From a virus, in the IMG/VR virus record IMGVR_UViG_3300021387_001333, positions 1 to 49,779 of that record: a DNA stretch of 49,779 bases, one strand, 5' to 3'. Shown in pieces: positions 7,255-14,080 of the stretch. A model generated the notes under the pieces. It was given only the letters and a program-made list of their open reading frames with translations. It was not told the origin of the DNA and did not search any database. How positions within the stretch are numbered: position 1 is the first letter of the stretch; each line of letters opens with the position of its first letter. The position numbers and the translations under genes were made by a program.

Positions 7255-7670
7255 GCTGCGATAACCGCGCCGCGACCGCCGACCTCAAATATACCGTGGC
7301 GACAGAAAACTGCGCCGACCGTACCGCTGCCGCGCAGAACACCCGCGATATCATCGACGCTCAGACCCGTGGCACTCAGGCGATTCTCGACAAGCTCTGT
7401 GCTCTCGAATTGGACGGCGTGAAGGGTCAGCTTGCCCAGGCGCAGCGTGAGAACGTCGGCCTCCAGAACCAGCTCAACATGGCGACCATGCAGGCTTCTC
7501 AGACCGCGCAGAACGCTTTCATTTCTCAGGGCTTTGCAAATGAAGTGGACGCTCTGTACAACCGACTGAACTCCTGCCCCGTGCCCACTACGCCCGTCTA
7601 TGGCCGCACTCCGATTTTCACTTGCAATAACGGCGGATGCGGCTGTGGCGGCAATAGCTTCACTGCGTAA
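7255..7670 (+). CDS. Gly-rich/Cys-rich membrane protein, exon 2
   Basis: The frame is open from 7185 and GC-rich composition resumes at 7255. Joining 5961 to 7255 gives ...LAQCCCDNRAATADLKY... in frame. The C-terminus is CNNGGCGCGGNSFTA. Confidence 0.7.
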
Positions 7671-7676
7671 GGAGGG

Positions 7677-8156
7677 GTGACCGTGGCTGAGTATGTTTAC
7701 AACCCTGTGCAGACCGTTCTCCCGAACCAGAACGTGCTTTTGCAGAGCAGTATTCCTTGCAATCGGGGCTATGTGATTCACCGTAACGGCTCCGGCATCC
7801 TTACTCTGCGTGGTTGCGTCAATGGCACCGGCTGTTTTGCCCGGTATCAGGTTACGGCAAACATGAACATTGCGCTTCCGTCCGATGGGGCTGTCGGCCC
7901 TGTATCTGTTTCCCTCGCCATTGACGGCGAACCGATCCAGACGAGCAAGGCAATTTTCACTCCGGCGGCAGTTGCGGATAATCCGCCGACGGACAACAAC
8001 TTTGGCAATGTCACCAGCACGGCTATCATCACCGTTCCCCGTGGCTGTTGCTACACGATTGCCGTTGAAAATACGTCCGCTGGCTTGACGGCGGCTGATC
8101 CTTCACCCGCAATCCTTGTTAAAAATGCCAACCTTACCGTAACCCGTATAGCCTGA
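7677..8156 (+). CDS. Beta-rich Cys-containing protein (BclA-C-terminal/C1q-like pattern, tentative)
   Basis: ORF track (GTG start after GGAGGGGTGA). The alternating hydrophobic beta pattern ending ...NANLTVTRIA recalls exosporium BclA C-terminal domains (unverified). Confidence 0.6.
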   Translation: MTVAEYVYNPVQTVLPNQNVLLQSSIPCNRGYVIHRNGSGILTLRGCVNGTGCFARYQVTANMNIALPSDGAVGPVSVSLAIDGEPIQTSKAIFTPAAVADNPPTDNNFGNVTSTAIITVPRGCCYTIAVENTSAGLTAADPSPAILVKNANLTVTRIA

Positions 8157-8173
8157 CGGAAAGGAGGATAAAA

Positions 8174-8560
8174 ATGCACGATCTCCACGAACTCAAAGAA
8201 AAACTGCTGAAAGAACTCGAGGAATACGGCGGAAACGCCAAATTCTCCAAAGAAGATGTTGAAACCATCAAATACATGGCTTCCGCCATTGATCATATCT
8301 GCAATATTTCTGAGGATGAAGAAGGCTATTCAAACCACTACCCGTATTACATGGGCGGTTCTTACGATGACGGCATGAACCGTAACGGCTCCTACCGTGG
8401 GCGGAGCTACGCCGGACGGCGCAACGGCCGCCGCGACAGCATGGGACGCTATTCACGTGAGGGCCTTGCCGACAAGATGCGTGACCTGATGGACGAAGCC
8501 CCGGACGAACGTACACGTCAGGAAATCCAGCGCATGATTGAGAAGTTCGAAAACAACTGA
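8174..8560 (+). CDS. Hypothetical protein with an R/G/S/Y-rich centre
   Basis: ORF track; SD AAAGGAGG upstream. Confidence 0.65.
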   Translation: MHDLHELKEKLLKELEEYGGNAKFSKEDVETIKYMASAIDHICNISEDEEGYSNHYPYYMGGSYDDGMNRNGSYRGRSYAGRRNGRRDSMGRYSREGLADKMRDLMDEAPDERTRQEIQRMIEKFENN

Positions 8561-8568
8561 TAGGAGGA

Positions 8569-8919
8569 ATGGCCGTGATCACCGAACAAGACCTTCAAGC
8601 GGCCATTGCCGAATGTCAGGGCAAACGTAATCCCGATGCCAGCACTTGCATCAAGCTCGCGGCGTTTTACACGATCAGAAACGAGTTGTTTCCGCAGGAA
8701 CACTCCGCAGAACCTTCCGACCGTCTCCCGGCCTATTCCTTTTCTCCCGCTCCCGATGAACCCCAAGACGCTTTTGTCGCCATTAACAGCGACACAGAAT
8801 TTGCTCAACAGATCGATGGCAAGCGGCAGGAGGAAGTCTGGCCCGTGATTGACGAACTGATGACCATTATTAAAACGCTCCACCCGCGCTTGTATGCAGC
8901 CGTGCTTTCAAAATTCTAA
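8569..8919 (+). CDS. Hypothetical protein
   Basis: ORF track. GTG 8575 has better SD spacing than ATG 8569. Confidence 0.6.
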   Translation: MAVITEQDLQAAIAECQGKRNPDASTCIKLAAFYTIRNELFPQEHSAEPSDRLPAYSFSPAPDEPQDAFVAINSDTEFAQQIDGKRQEEVWPVIDELMTIIKTLHPRLYAAVLSKF

Positions 8920-8924
8920 CTTCG

Positions 8925-8949
8925 GCCCGTCCCTTCGGGGGCGGGCTTT
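8925..8949 (+). terminator. Stable UUCG-capped hairpin, probable terminator
   Basis: GCCCGTCCC-TTCG-GGGGCGGGC (9 bp, one G.U) followed by TTT. Confidence 0.5.
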
Positions 8950-8970
8950 GCATATCTTTCCGCATATTTA
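8947..8970 (+). repeat. attP arm repeat (TTTGCATATCTTTCCGCATATTTA), copy 1
   Basis: A 24-nt direct repeat, 23/24 identical to 9170-9193. The two copies flank the tRNA-like core, and further CATAT(C/A) motifs occur at 8985-9015. Confidence 0.5.
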
Positions 8971-9023
8971 CAAAACGATTTATTATATGCAAAACCGACA
9001 TATATCGACATATCATTTTTGCA

Positions 9024-9061
9024 CAAAAAAACACCGGAACAATGAAAGTTCCGGTGTTTTC
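9024..9061. terminator. Bidirectional rho-independent terminator
   Basis: 10-bp stem ACACCGGAAC/GTTCCGGTGT, flanked by A7 on the 5' side and T4 on the 3' side. Confidence 0.75.
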
Positions 9062-9063
9062 AC

Positions 9064-9108
9064 TGGCGCGCCCTGGGGGACTCGAACCCTCGGCCTTTTG
9101 ATTCGTAG
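9064..9108 (-). other. attP core: 3' portion of a tRNA-Arg(ACG)-like gene (anticodon loop to CCA)
   Basis: The minus strand reads CTACGAATCAAAAGGCCGAGGGTTCGAGTCCCCCAGGGCGCGCCA. This comprises an anticodon loop CUACGAA, a T arm with GGTTCGAGTCC, the acceptor 3' strand and CCA. No 5' half is present. It lies immediately downstream of int. Confidence 0.7.
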
Positions 9109-9134
9109 GCAACTAATACAATAGACGGATATTC

Positions 9135-10220
9135 TCATGTATCAGGATTATTCGCCGTTTCTGTTTTCTTTTGCATATCATTCCGCATATTTAACGCCTC
9201 GTTTAAGCGGTTTTTGGCCTCTTTTTCCCGCTCTGTGCCGGGGTGGTCATAGATGCGGAGGATCATCTTTTCATCGGCATGACCCATCCAAATAATAGCT
9301 TGGTGCATATCAACGCCAACGTCCCGGAGCATGGTACAATAGGAGTGCCGGAGATCGTGGGGCCGGATGCTGACGGGATGACCGGCGGCAGCGGAAAGGT
9401 CCTTCATGTATGATTCCCACGCCCACTGGAAAGAGGTTTCCGACATCATACCGCCGGATGCGCTTTTTGCAATGTAGCCGTCTATTTGCTCCAGATAGGG
9501 TTTTAAAACGTCCGGCACTGGGACCGCCCTCTTGCCCGCCTCTGTCTTTGGAACGTCCAAAACGGGGCGGTTTGAGTTAAAAGAGACGGCTTTATTGACG
9601 GTAACGGTTCCGTTGTGGATGTCGGAAGCTTCAAGGGCCAGCACTTCCCCGCGCCGGAGGCCACAGTAAAGCATGATCAGGGCGGGGAGCTGCATCCGGT
9701 GAGGCGTGGTCAGGATCAGCTCCCGCTCTTCCTCCGTGATGGCCCGGTGTGTGCCTTTTGTTCCCTTGGGAGGCTTGACGGATGAGGCATTGCAGGGGTT
9801 TTTCCTGATATAGTTAGCATCGACGGCGGACTGGAAAACGGCTCTGACCAGGATGCGGGTTTTGTGGATGTAGGAGGAAGAGCGGTTTTTGAGGGAAGCC
9901 AGCAGCTCAGAGATATGGTCGCTGGTCACGTCCCCAAGCTGCTTGTCGCCGATCTTGTCGAGGGCGGTGCTGAGGATGGACACATAGCAGTTATACGTCG
10001 TAGGCTTTACGTCTGCTTTGTAGACGGGGAGCCAGTAGGCGGTATATTCGGAGACGGTTTTGCTCTCCGTGTACAGTCCTTCGGCTTCCTGCCGCTTGAA
10101 CTCTTCACGCTTGGCGAGCGCTTCGTCCTCCGTGGCTCCCATGAACTGACGTCCTTTGTAGACGCAGCAGTATCTTCCGTCTTTGCGCCTTTTTAGGTGC
10201 TGTTTTTTCGGGCGTGACAT
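9135..10220 (-). CDS. int: Tyrosine integrase
   Basis: Start at the MSRPKKQ ATG (10220), inside ORF 9135..10289. The C-terminal catalytic pattern is ...GLRRGE...RPHDLRHSYCT...GHADEKMILRIYDH. Confidence 0.9.
   Translation of the reverse strand: MSRPKKQHLKRRKDGRYCCVYKGRQFMGATEDEALAKREEFKRQEAEGLYTESKTVSEYTAYWLPVYKADVKPTTYNCYVSILSTALDKIGDKQLGDVTSDHISELLASLKNRSSSYIHKTRILVRAVFQSAVDANYIRKNPCNASSVKPPKGTKGTHRAITEEERELILTTPHRMQLPALIMLYCGLRRGEVLALEASDIHNGTVTVNKAVSFNSNRPVLDVPKTEAGKRAVPVPDVLKPYLEQIDGYIAKSASGGMMSETSFQWAWESYMKDLSAAAGHPVSIRPHDLRHSYCTMLRDVGVDMHQAIIWMGHADEKMILRIYDHPGTEREKEAKNRLNEALNMRNDMQKKTETANNPDT
9170..9193 (+). repeat. attP arm repeat, copy 2 (inside the 3' end of int)
   Basis: TTTGCATATCATTCCGCATATTTA, with one mismatch to 8947-8970. 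Confidence 0.5.
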
Positions 10221-10221
10221 A

Positions 10222-10719
10222 TTATTTAAAAGAAAACGGGGCGATTGTAAAATCACGCATAAAAACAGCGGCATTAAAGCCGTTTTCAATCACAATGTAT
10301 TGCCCATCCTCTAAGTGAACCCTTGCTTCTGTAGGTGTTCCGCTTTCATATTCATCGTAATACTTATTTTCGTGGTTGGCAACTACAATTCTTCCAACCC
10401 TCTTTTTATATTCAAATGATTCGTCTTTTGGGTATCCTTCTCCCCATAGGAAAACACATATTCTCATACTGATATTCGTGCGCCCAACATCAGCGCATTT
10501 TATGATCCAGTCTCCGGCCGGTATATCTTTCCCGACCTGCCATATGCCTTGAGGCACTTGTACTTCCTTCCACTCTGGACGATTCATCATTTCAAACTGG
10601 CAGTTTCGGCGAAGCTCTGCAAGTTCATCAAAAGATAGTTTGGAAAGGTCTATATCTTCCGCAACGGCGGCAGGGATCAGCAGACAAAGAATCAGTGAAA
10701 CGGCAAACAGCTTCTTCAT
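10222..10719 (-). CDS. Secreted protein with a signal peptide (lysogeny-operon moron)
   Basis: MKKLFAVSLILCLLIPAAVAED is a Sec-type signal peptide. The gene is AT-rich and packed between the repressor and int with gaps of 0-1 nt. Confidence 0.75.
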   Translation of the reverse strand: MKKLFAVSLILCLLIPAAVAEDIDLSKLSFDELAELRRNCQFEMMNRPEWKEVQVPQGIWQVGKDIPAGDWIIKCADVGRTNISMRICVFLWGEGYPKDESFEYKKRVGRIVVANHENKYYDEYESGTPTEARVHLEDGQYIVIENGFNAAVFMRDFTIAPFSFK

Positions 10720-11097
10720 TTACTTCGCTTCCTTTCCCAAAGATAGATCACTTTGTCTATATATATTAGACGCAACGGCGGTGTCGAGCGTTTGGAGAAT
10801 GAACTGTTGCCCGGCTTCATTTAGGGAACGAAAGCCAGACAAAAGGCGGTATTCTTCTGGGGTGCTGGGTTCAAAGCACACGGATTTAGACTCAATATAT
10901 TCTTCGTCTGTTGAGATTCCCAATAAGTAATCTGTACTTACATGAAACAGAGCGGAAAGTTTTTGGAGATTTGCAGCAGTAGGTTTGTTCTTCCCGGTGA
11001 TCCAGTCGTGGACTGACGGTTGTCTTACGCCTAAAGTGAGTGCAAGCCATTTTTGTGTTTGTCCCATACGATCAAGGCATTCTTTGATCCTTGTCAT
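10720..11097 (-). CDS. cI-like XRE-family HTH repressor
   Basis: QKWLALTLGVRQPSVHDWITGKNKPTAANLQKLSALFHVSTDYLLG is an XRE HTH. The gene is divergent from the early promoter and operators, and no S24 peptidase domain is evident. Confidence 0.8.
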   Translation of the reverse strand: MTRIKECLDRMGQTQKWLALTLGVRQPSVHDWITGKNKPTAANLQKLSALFHVSTDYLLGISTDEEYIESKSVCFEPSTPEEYRLLSGFRSLNEAGQQFILQTLDTAVASNIYRQSDLSLGKEAK

Positions 11098-11119
11098 AGC
11101 TTTCCCTCCTTTTTCTATT

Positions 11120-11148
11120 ATTATATAGTTTATGGCTATAAAAGTAAA
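11120..11148 (-). promoter_or_regulatory. Repressor-maintenance promoter (minus strand: TTTACT, 17 nt, TATAAT)
   Basis: On the + strand, AGTAAA is at 11143-11148 and ATTATA at 11120-11125. Operator O3 lies in the spacer. Confidence 0.55.
11125..11139. promoter_or_regulatory. Operator O3 (ATAGTTTATGGCTAT, imperfect palindrome)
   Basis: It shares the ATAGTT...CTAT half sites with O1 and O2. Confidence 0.5.
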
Positions 11149-11158
11149 TTTAAAAAAT

Positions 11159-11173
11159 ATAGTTGAAAACTAT
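11159..11173. promoter_or_regulatory. Operator O1 (ATAGTTGAAAACTAT, perfect palindromic arms)
   Basis: ATAGTT and AACTAT are reverse complements. The site abuts the -35 of the early promoter. Confidence 0.65.
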
Positions 11174-11201
11174 TGACAATAGTTTGAAACTATATTATAA
11201 T
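11173..11201 (+). promoter_or_regulatory. Early rightward promoter, full consensus (TTGACA, 17 nt, TATAAT)
   Basis: TTGACA at 11173-11178 and TATAAT at 11196-11201. O2 occupies the spacer. Confidence 0.75.
11179..11193. promoter_or_regulatory. Operator O2 (ATAGTTTGAAACTAT)
   Basis: It has the same palindromic arms as O1 and lies between the -35 and -10. Confidence 0.65.
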
Positions 11202-11244
11202 AAGGGTGACCCCGAAAGGAAGGGGAAAAGAGGAGGGCAAAACG

Positions 11245-11682
11245 ATGGCATATATCAAGAATATCAGCTTCGCCAGCGTTGGGAAAATGGAAGGATGCAC
11301 CTGTGACAAGTGCGGTCAGTACATCCGCAACATCTGGACGGTTGATTATCAGGATGGCGTAAGGATGAACTTCGGAATTGACTGCTTTGAGAAACTGAGC
11401 AAGGGCAAGCTGAACGACTACGGTATGAAGCTGATGAAGAAAGCCCTGAAGAGCATCCAGTATTATCAGGAACAGCTTGAAGCGGAGAAAGCACTTACAG
11501 AAGAAACCGATGTACGGTATCAAGCGACTCAGAAACACTACGACTGGCAGAGTGATGATTACTGGATGGGCCATTCTTGGGAAGAGTATCACAAGTGGAT
11601 GATTGAAGAATGGTATCCAGCAAGGTTCAAAGAAGCGCAGAAACAGGTAGACCGCTTCAAGAAAGTGAACTTCAACAGGTAA
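11245..11682 (+). CDS. First early gene product, Cys-containing (CxCxxC), function unknown
   Basis: ATG 11245 follows GGAGGGCAAAAC, in the frame of ORF 11206..11682. Confidence 0.7.
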   Translation: MAYIKNISFASVGKMEGCTCDKCGQYIRNIWTVDYQDGVRMNFGIDCFEKLSKGKLNDYGMKLMKKALKSIQYYQEQLEAEKALTEETDVRYQATQKHYDWQSDDYWMGHSWEEYHKWMIEEWYPARFKEAQKQVDRFKKVNFNR

Positions 11683-11748
11683 TCATGCTATCCCGCCCCG
11701 GAGGTTACGAGGGCAAAAAATTTTTACCATAAAATAAGTTTAAAACTA

Positions 11749-11777
11749 TTTACAAATAGCAAAAAATACAGTATAAT
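11749..11777 (+). promoter_or_regulatory. Sigma70-like promoter (TTTACA, 17 nt, TATAAT) with an overlapping palindrome CTATTT-AC-AAATAG
   Basis: -35 at 11749-11754 and -10 at 11772-11777. An upstream half-site AACTAT resembles the operators. Confidence 0.65.
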
Positions 11778-11808
11778 TAGTTATAGCCTTATCAAAAGGA
11801 GGGATTGA

Positions 11809-12009
11809 ATGGACTGGTTAAAAAAATACCGCCTCCAAACCGGGATGACCATGAAGGATGTCGCAGACGTTGTCGGGATTACTCAGGTCTCATACTGGCA
11901 GATTGAGCATGGTATCTGCAAGCCGAAGGTCGGCAACGCAAAGAAGATCGCCAATCTTCTTGGGTTTGACTGGCGGCTTTTCTACCCGGATGAACAGAAG
12001 GCGGTGTGA
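11809..12009 (+). CDS. Cro-like XRE-family HTH regulator
   Basis: GMTMKDVADVVGITQVSYWQIEHG is an HTH. 66 aa. Confidence 0.75.
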   Translation: MDWLKKYRLQTGMTMKDVADVVGITQVSYWQIEHGICKPKVGNAKKIANLLGFDWRLFYPDEQKAV

Positions 12010-12013
12010 GCTG

Positions 12014-12241
12014 ATGCAGGACCTTCTCTCCACCGAGTACATCATGGAACGGTATTCCATGAAGCGCCAAGCGGCGGCGAAGCTGATGAACAACAATCTG
12101 CCCGTAGTGAAGATCGGAAAGCGAATCTTCGTCCGGGCGCGGGACCTGGAAAATTGGGAGCAGCAGAAAACCGTCTACCCCGTAACGCCGATCCGAACAC
12201 CGCGAAAGGTGATCAAGTTAGAAAGGAAGAGGGCAACATGA
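12014..12241 (+). CDS. Excisionase-like (MerR/HTH_17-type) DNA-binding protein
   Basis: ATG 12014. The sequence EYIMERYSMKRQAAAKLMNN..LPVVKIGKRIFVRARDLENW is typical of Xis-type HTH proteins. Confidence 0.6.
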   Translation: MQDLLSTEYIMERYSMKRQAAAKLMNNNLPVVKIGKRIFVRARDLENWEQQKTVYPVTPIRTPRKVIKLERKRAT

Positions 12242-12390
12242 AAGACAAGAAGCTGGAAATCATTTACCGGATGGTCAGGAATGGCTATCACCTGATGAAC
12301 CGCACAGCGGAAGAGCTGGCAAGCATCTTCACGCTCGAAGAACTTAAAGAATTCGAGCAGAAGTACAACGAAAGGAGGGAAAAGCAGTGA
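12238..12390 (+). CDS. Hypothetical small protein
   Basis: ATG 12238 follows AGAGGGCAAC, in the frame of ORF 12154..12390. Confidence 0.55.
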   Translation: MKDKKLEIIYRMVRNGYHLMNRTAEELASIFTLEELKEFEQKYNERREKQ

Positions 12391-12662
12391 GCGAGTACAC
12401 GAAGCTGGTGAGCGATACCAGGGAAATGACCCAGCGGATGGCCCTGAAATGGGATGTGATCTCCTGCATCCTGATCAGCCTTATGGCCCTGCTGGCAATC
12501 ATCGGCCTCCGCCTGATCTGGGAAGAACACCGGGAGCGGAAAGAGCGGAAGCTTCAGGAAACCTACACAGGGTATGAATACAAGCCCACCGTCACCGACA
12601 CTGTCCAGTATGTGAACGGCGTGGAATTCCACCGGATGGGCGTTCCGGGAAAGGGGGTGTAA
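12387..12662 (+). CDS. Small membrane protein
   Basis: GTG start after AAAGGAGGG. One TM helix (VISCILISLMALLAIIGLRLIW). Confidence 0.55.
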   Translation: MSEYTKLVSDTREMTQRMALKWDVISCILISLMALLAIIGLRLIWEEHRERKERKLQETYTGYEYKPTVTDTVQYVNGVEFHRMGVPGKGV

Positions 12663-12914
12663 ATGATGTGTAACAGCTATCAGGATTTGCCGGATGCCCC
12701 GTGGATCAGGGAAGCGGAAATCTTCGGGCCTCCGTGTGATGAGGAAATCACGTTTTCTTGCCCGGTATGCGGTGCAGATGAGCCGGAAGATTTTTACTTC
12801 GACAGGGGCGGGGATATCTGCGGATGCTCCGAATGCATGAAGCGTAAGGATGCTTACGAATACATGTATGACAAGTTGATGGATGAAAGAAGAGCTTATG
12901 CCGGGTACAGATAA
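12663..12914 (+). CDS. Zinc-ribbon-like small protein
   Basis: CPVCG...CGCSEC pattern. Confidence 0.6.
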   Translation: MMCNSYQDLPDAPWIREAEIFGPPCDEEITFSCPVCGADEPEDFYFDRGGDICGCSECMKRKDAYEYMYDKLMDERRAYAGYR

Positions 12915-13037
12915 GAAAAGGCCCTTACGTCAGCCGATAACGTAAGAGCCACGAAGGCAAGTGAAGCGAGGGCAACACGAAAAACCTTCATACATATTAT
13001 AACACAAGATCATAAATGAATACAAGGGGGAAATCAA

Positions 13038-13679
13038 ATGAGCGCTTATGAACTGTTGAGCAAGGTCAATGTGAACGAACACACCGAGAAGAAGAACGGC
13101 CTCACTTATCTCTCTTGGGCGTGGGCTTGGGGGGAGCTTCTGAAAGCTTTCCCGGACAGCACCTACACCATCTATGAGAATAAGGATGGCTGGAATTATC
13201 ACACAGACGGTCGGACGTGCTGGGTAAAAACTGGCGTAACCGTGGAGGACAAAGAGTACATCGAATATCTCCCGGTCATGGATTTCAAGAACCGTTCCAT
13301 CCCCGCCGATCAGGTGACAAGCTTTGATGTCAACAAGGCTATTCAGAGGTCGCTCACGAAAGCGGTAGCCCGTCACGGGCTGGGCCTCTACATCTACGCC
13401 GGAGAGGATTTGCCGGAGGGAGAAGAGCCGGAGCCCATCAAGGACAAGATCGAAACCAGCCCGGAAGACAAGGAAAAGGAAGATGTTCGCCGGGCGACCA
13501 TCGGGGTGCTGATGAGCGCAAACAACCTTGATAATCCGGGATTCAATAAGCTTTACAAGGAATACTGCCTGACCGTGCTGAAAGCCCCGGCGACCATCCC
13601 GATTTCCAAGCTGACCAATGAACAGTTTGATACCATGATCCTTGCGATCAATGAGCATCTGAAAAAGGGTGCAGCATAA
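13038..13679 (+). CDS. Rad52-like single-strand annealing protein (Sak/DUF1071-like)
   Basis: KKNGLTYLSWAWAWGELLKAFP...LPVMD...AIQRSLTKAVARHGLGLYIY matches my recollection of DUF1071. It lies directly upstream of ssb. Confidence 0.7.
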   Translation: MSAYELLSKVNVNEHTEKKNGLTYLSWAWAWGELLKAFPDSTYTIYENKDGWNYHTDGRTCWVKTGVTVEDKEYIEYLPVMDFKNRSIPADQVTSFDVNKAIQRSLTKAVARHGLGLYIYAGEDLPEGEEPEPIKDKIETSPEDKEKEDVRRATIGVLMSANNLDNPGFNKLYKEYCLTVLKAPATIPISKLTNEQFDTMILAINEHLKKGAA

Positions 13680-13694
13680 AAGGAGGAATGACCT

Positions 13695-14066
13695 ATCAAT
13701 AAGCTGATTATTATCGGAAATTTAACCAAGGACGCAGACAACCGTGTCACGCAGACTGGGCATGCGGTTACAACTTTCACGGTGGCGGTCAACCGCCGCC
13801 CCGTGAAGGAAGGTCAGCCGGAAGCAGACTTTTTCAGGGTTACTACTTGGGACAAACTGGCAGAGATTTGCAAAACGCTGACTAAGGGCAAAAAGGTGTG
13901 TGTGGTCGGCCCGGTCAGCGTCAGCCTTTACCGGGCGCAGGACGGCAGCACCAGAGCCAGCCTTGACGTGATGGCGAACGAAGTACAGTTTCTCAGCCCG
14001 AAAGAACCGAAGCCTGAACAGCCGGGTTATGTAGCGGTTGATTCTAATGATTTACCTTGGGGCTAA
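13695..14066 (+). CDS. ssb: Single-stranded DNA-binding protein (apparent ATC start)
   Basis: (I)NKLIIIGNLTKDADNR..TFTVAVNRR...FFRVTTWDKLAE is an SSB OB fold, and the acidic tip ends DSNDLPWG. The frame opens only at 13692 (TGA at 13689). SD GGAGG (13682-13686) is 8 nt before ATC 13695, and the first in-frame ATG/GTG is far inside the OB fold. Confidence 0.85.
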   Translation: MNKLIIIGNLTKDADNRVTQTGHAVTTFTVAVNRRPVKEGQPEADFFRVTTWDKLAEICKTLTKGKKVCVVGPVSVSLYRAQDGSTRASLDVMANEVQFLSPKEPKPEQPGYVAVDSNDLPWG

Positions 14067-14080
14067 AAGAGGGATAAGCC

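Noticed and set aside
5958-7255. An alternative intron boundary at 5958|7255 (GCT occurs at both junctions)
   Set aside because: It is also in frame and obeys the U...G rule, but I found no guide sequence that pairs with exon 1 ending at 5958. The 6015-6026 element pairs with exon 1 ending at 5961 and with the start of exon 2. It is kept as a caveat, not as the preferred model.
9064-9108. A functional tRNA gene on the minus strand
   Set aside because: Only the region from the anticodon loop to CCA is present. There is no acceptor 5' strand or D arm upstream. It is interpreted as the attP core copy of the host tRNA 3' end.
12924-12978. Hairpin CTTACGT/ACGTAAG (12924-12946) plus an orphan GAGGGCAACAC box with no following start codon
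   Set aside because: It has no T-tail, so it is not a clear terminator, and there is no ORF. It is probably the remnant of a deleted gene start and is mentioned only as part of the initiation-box finding.
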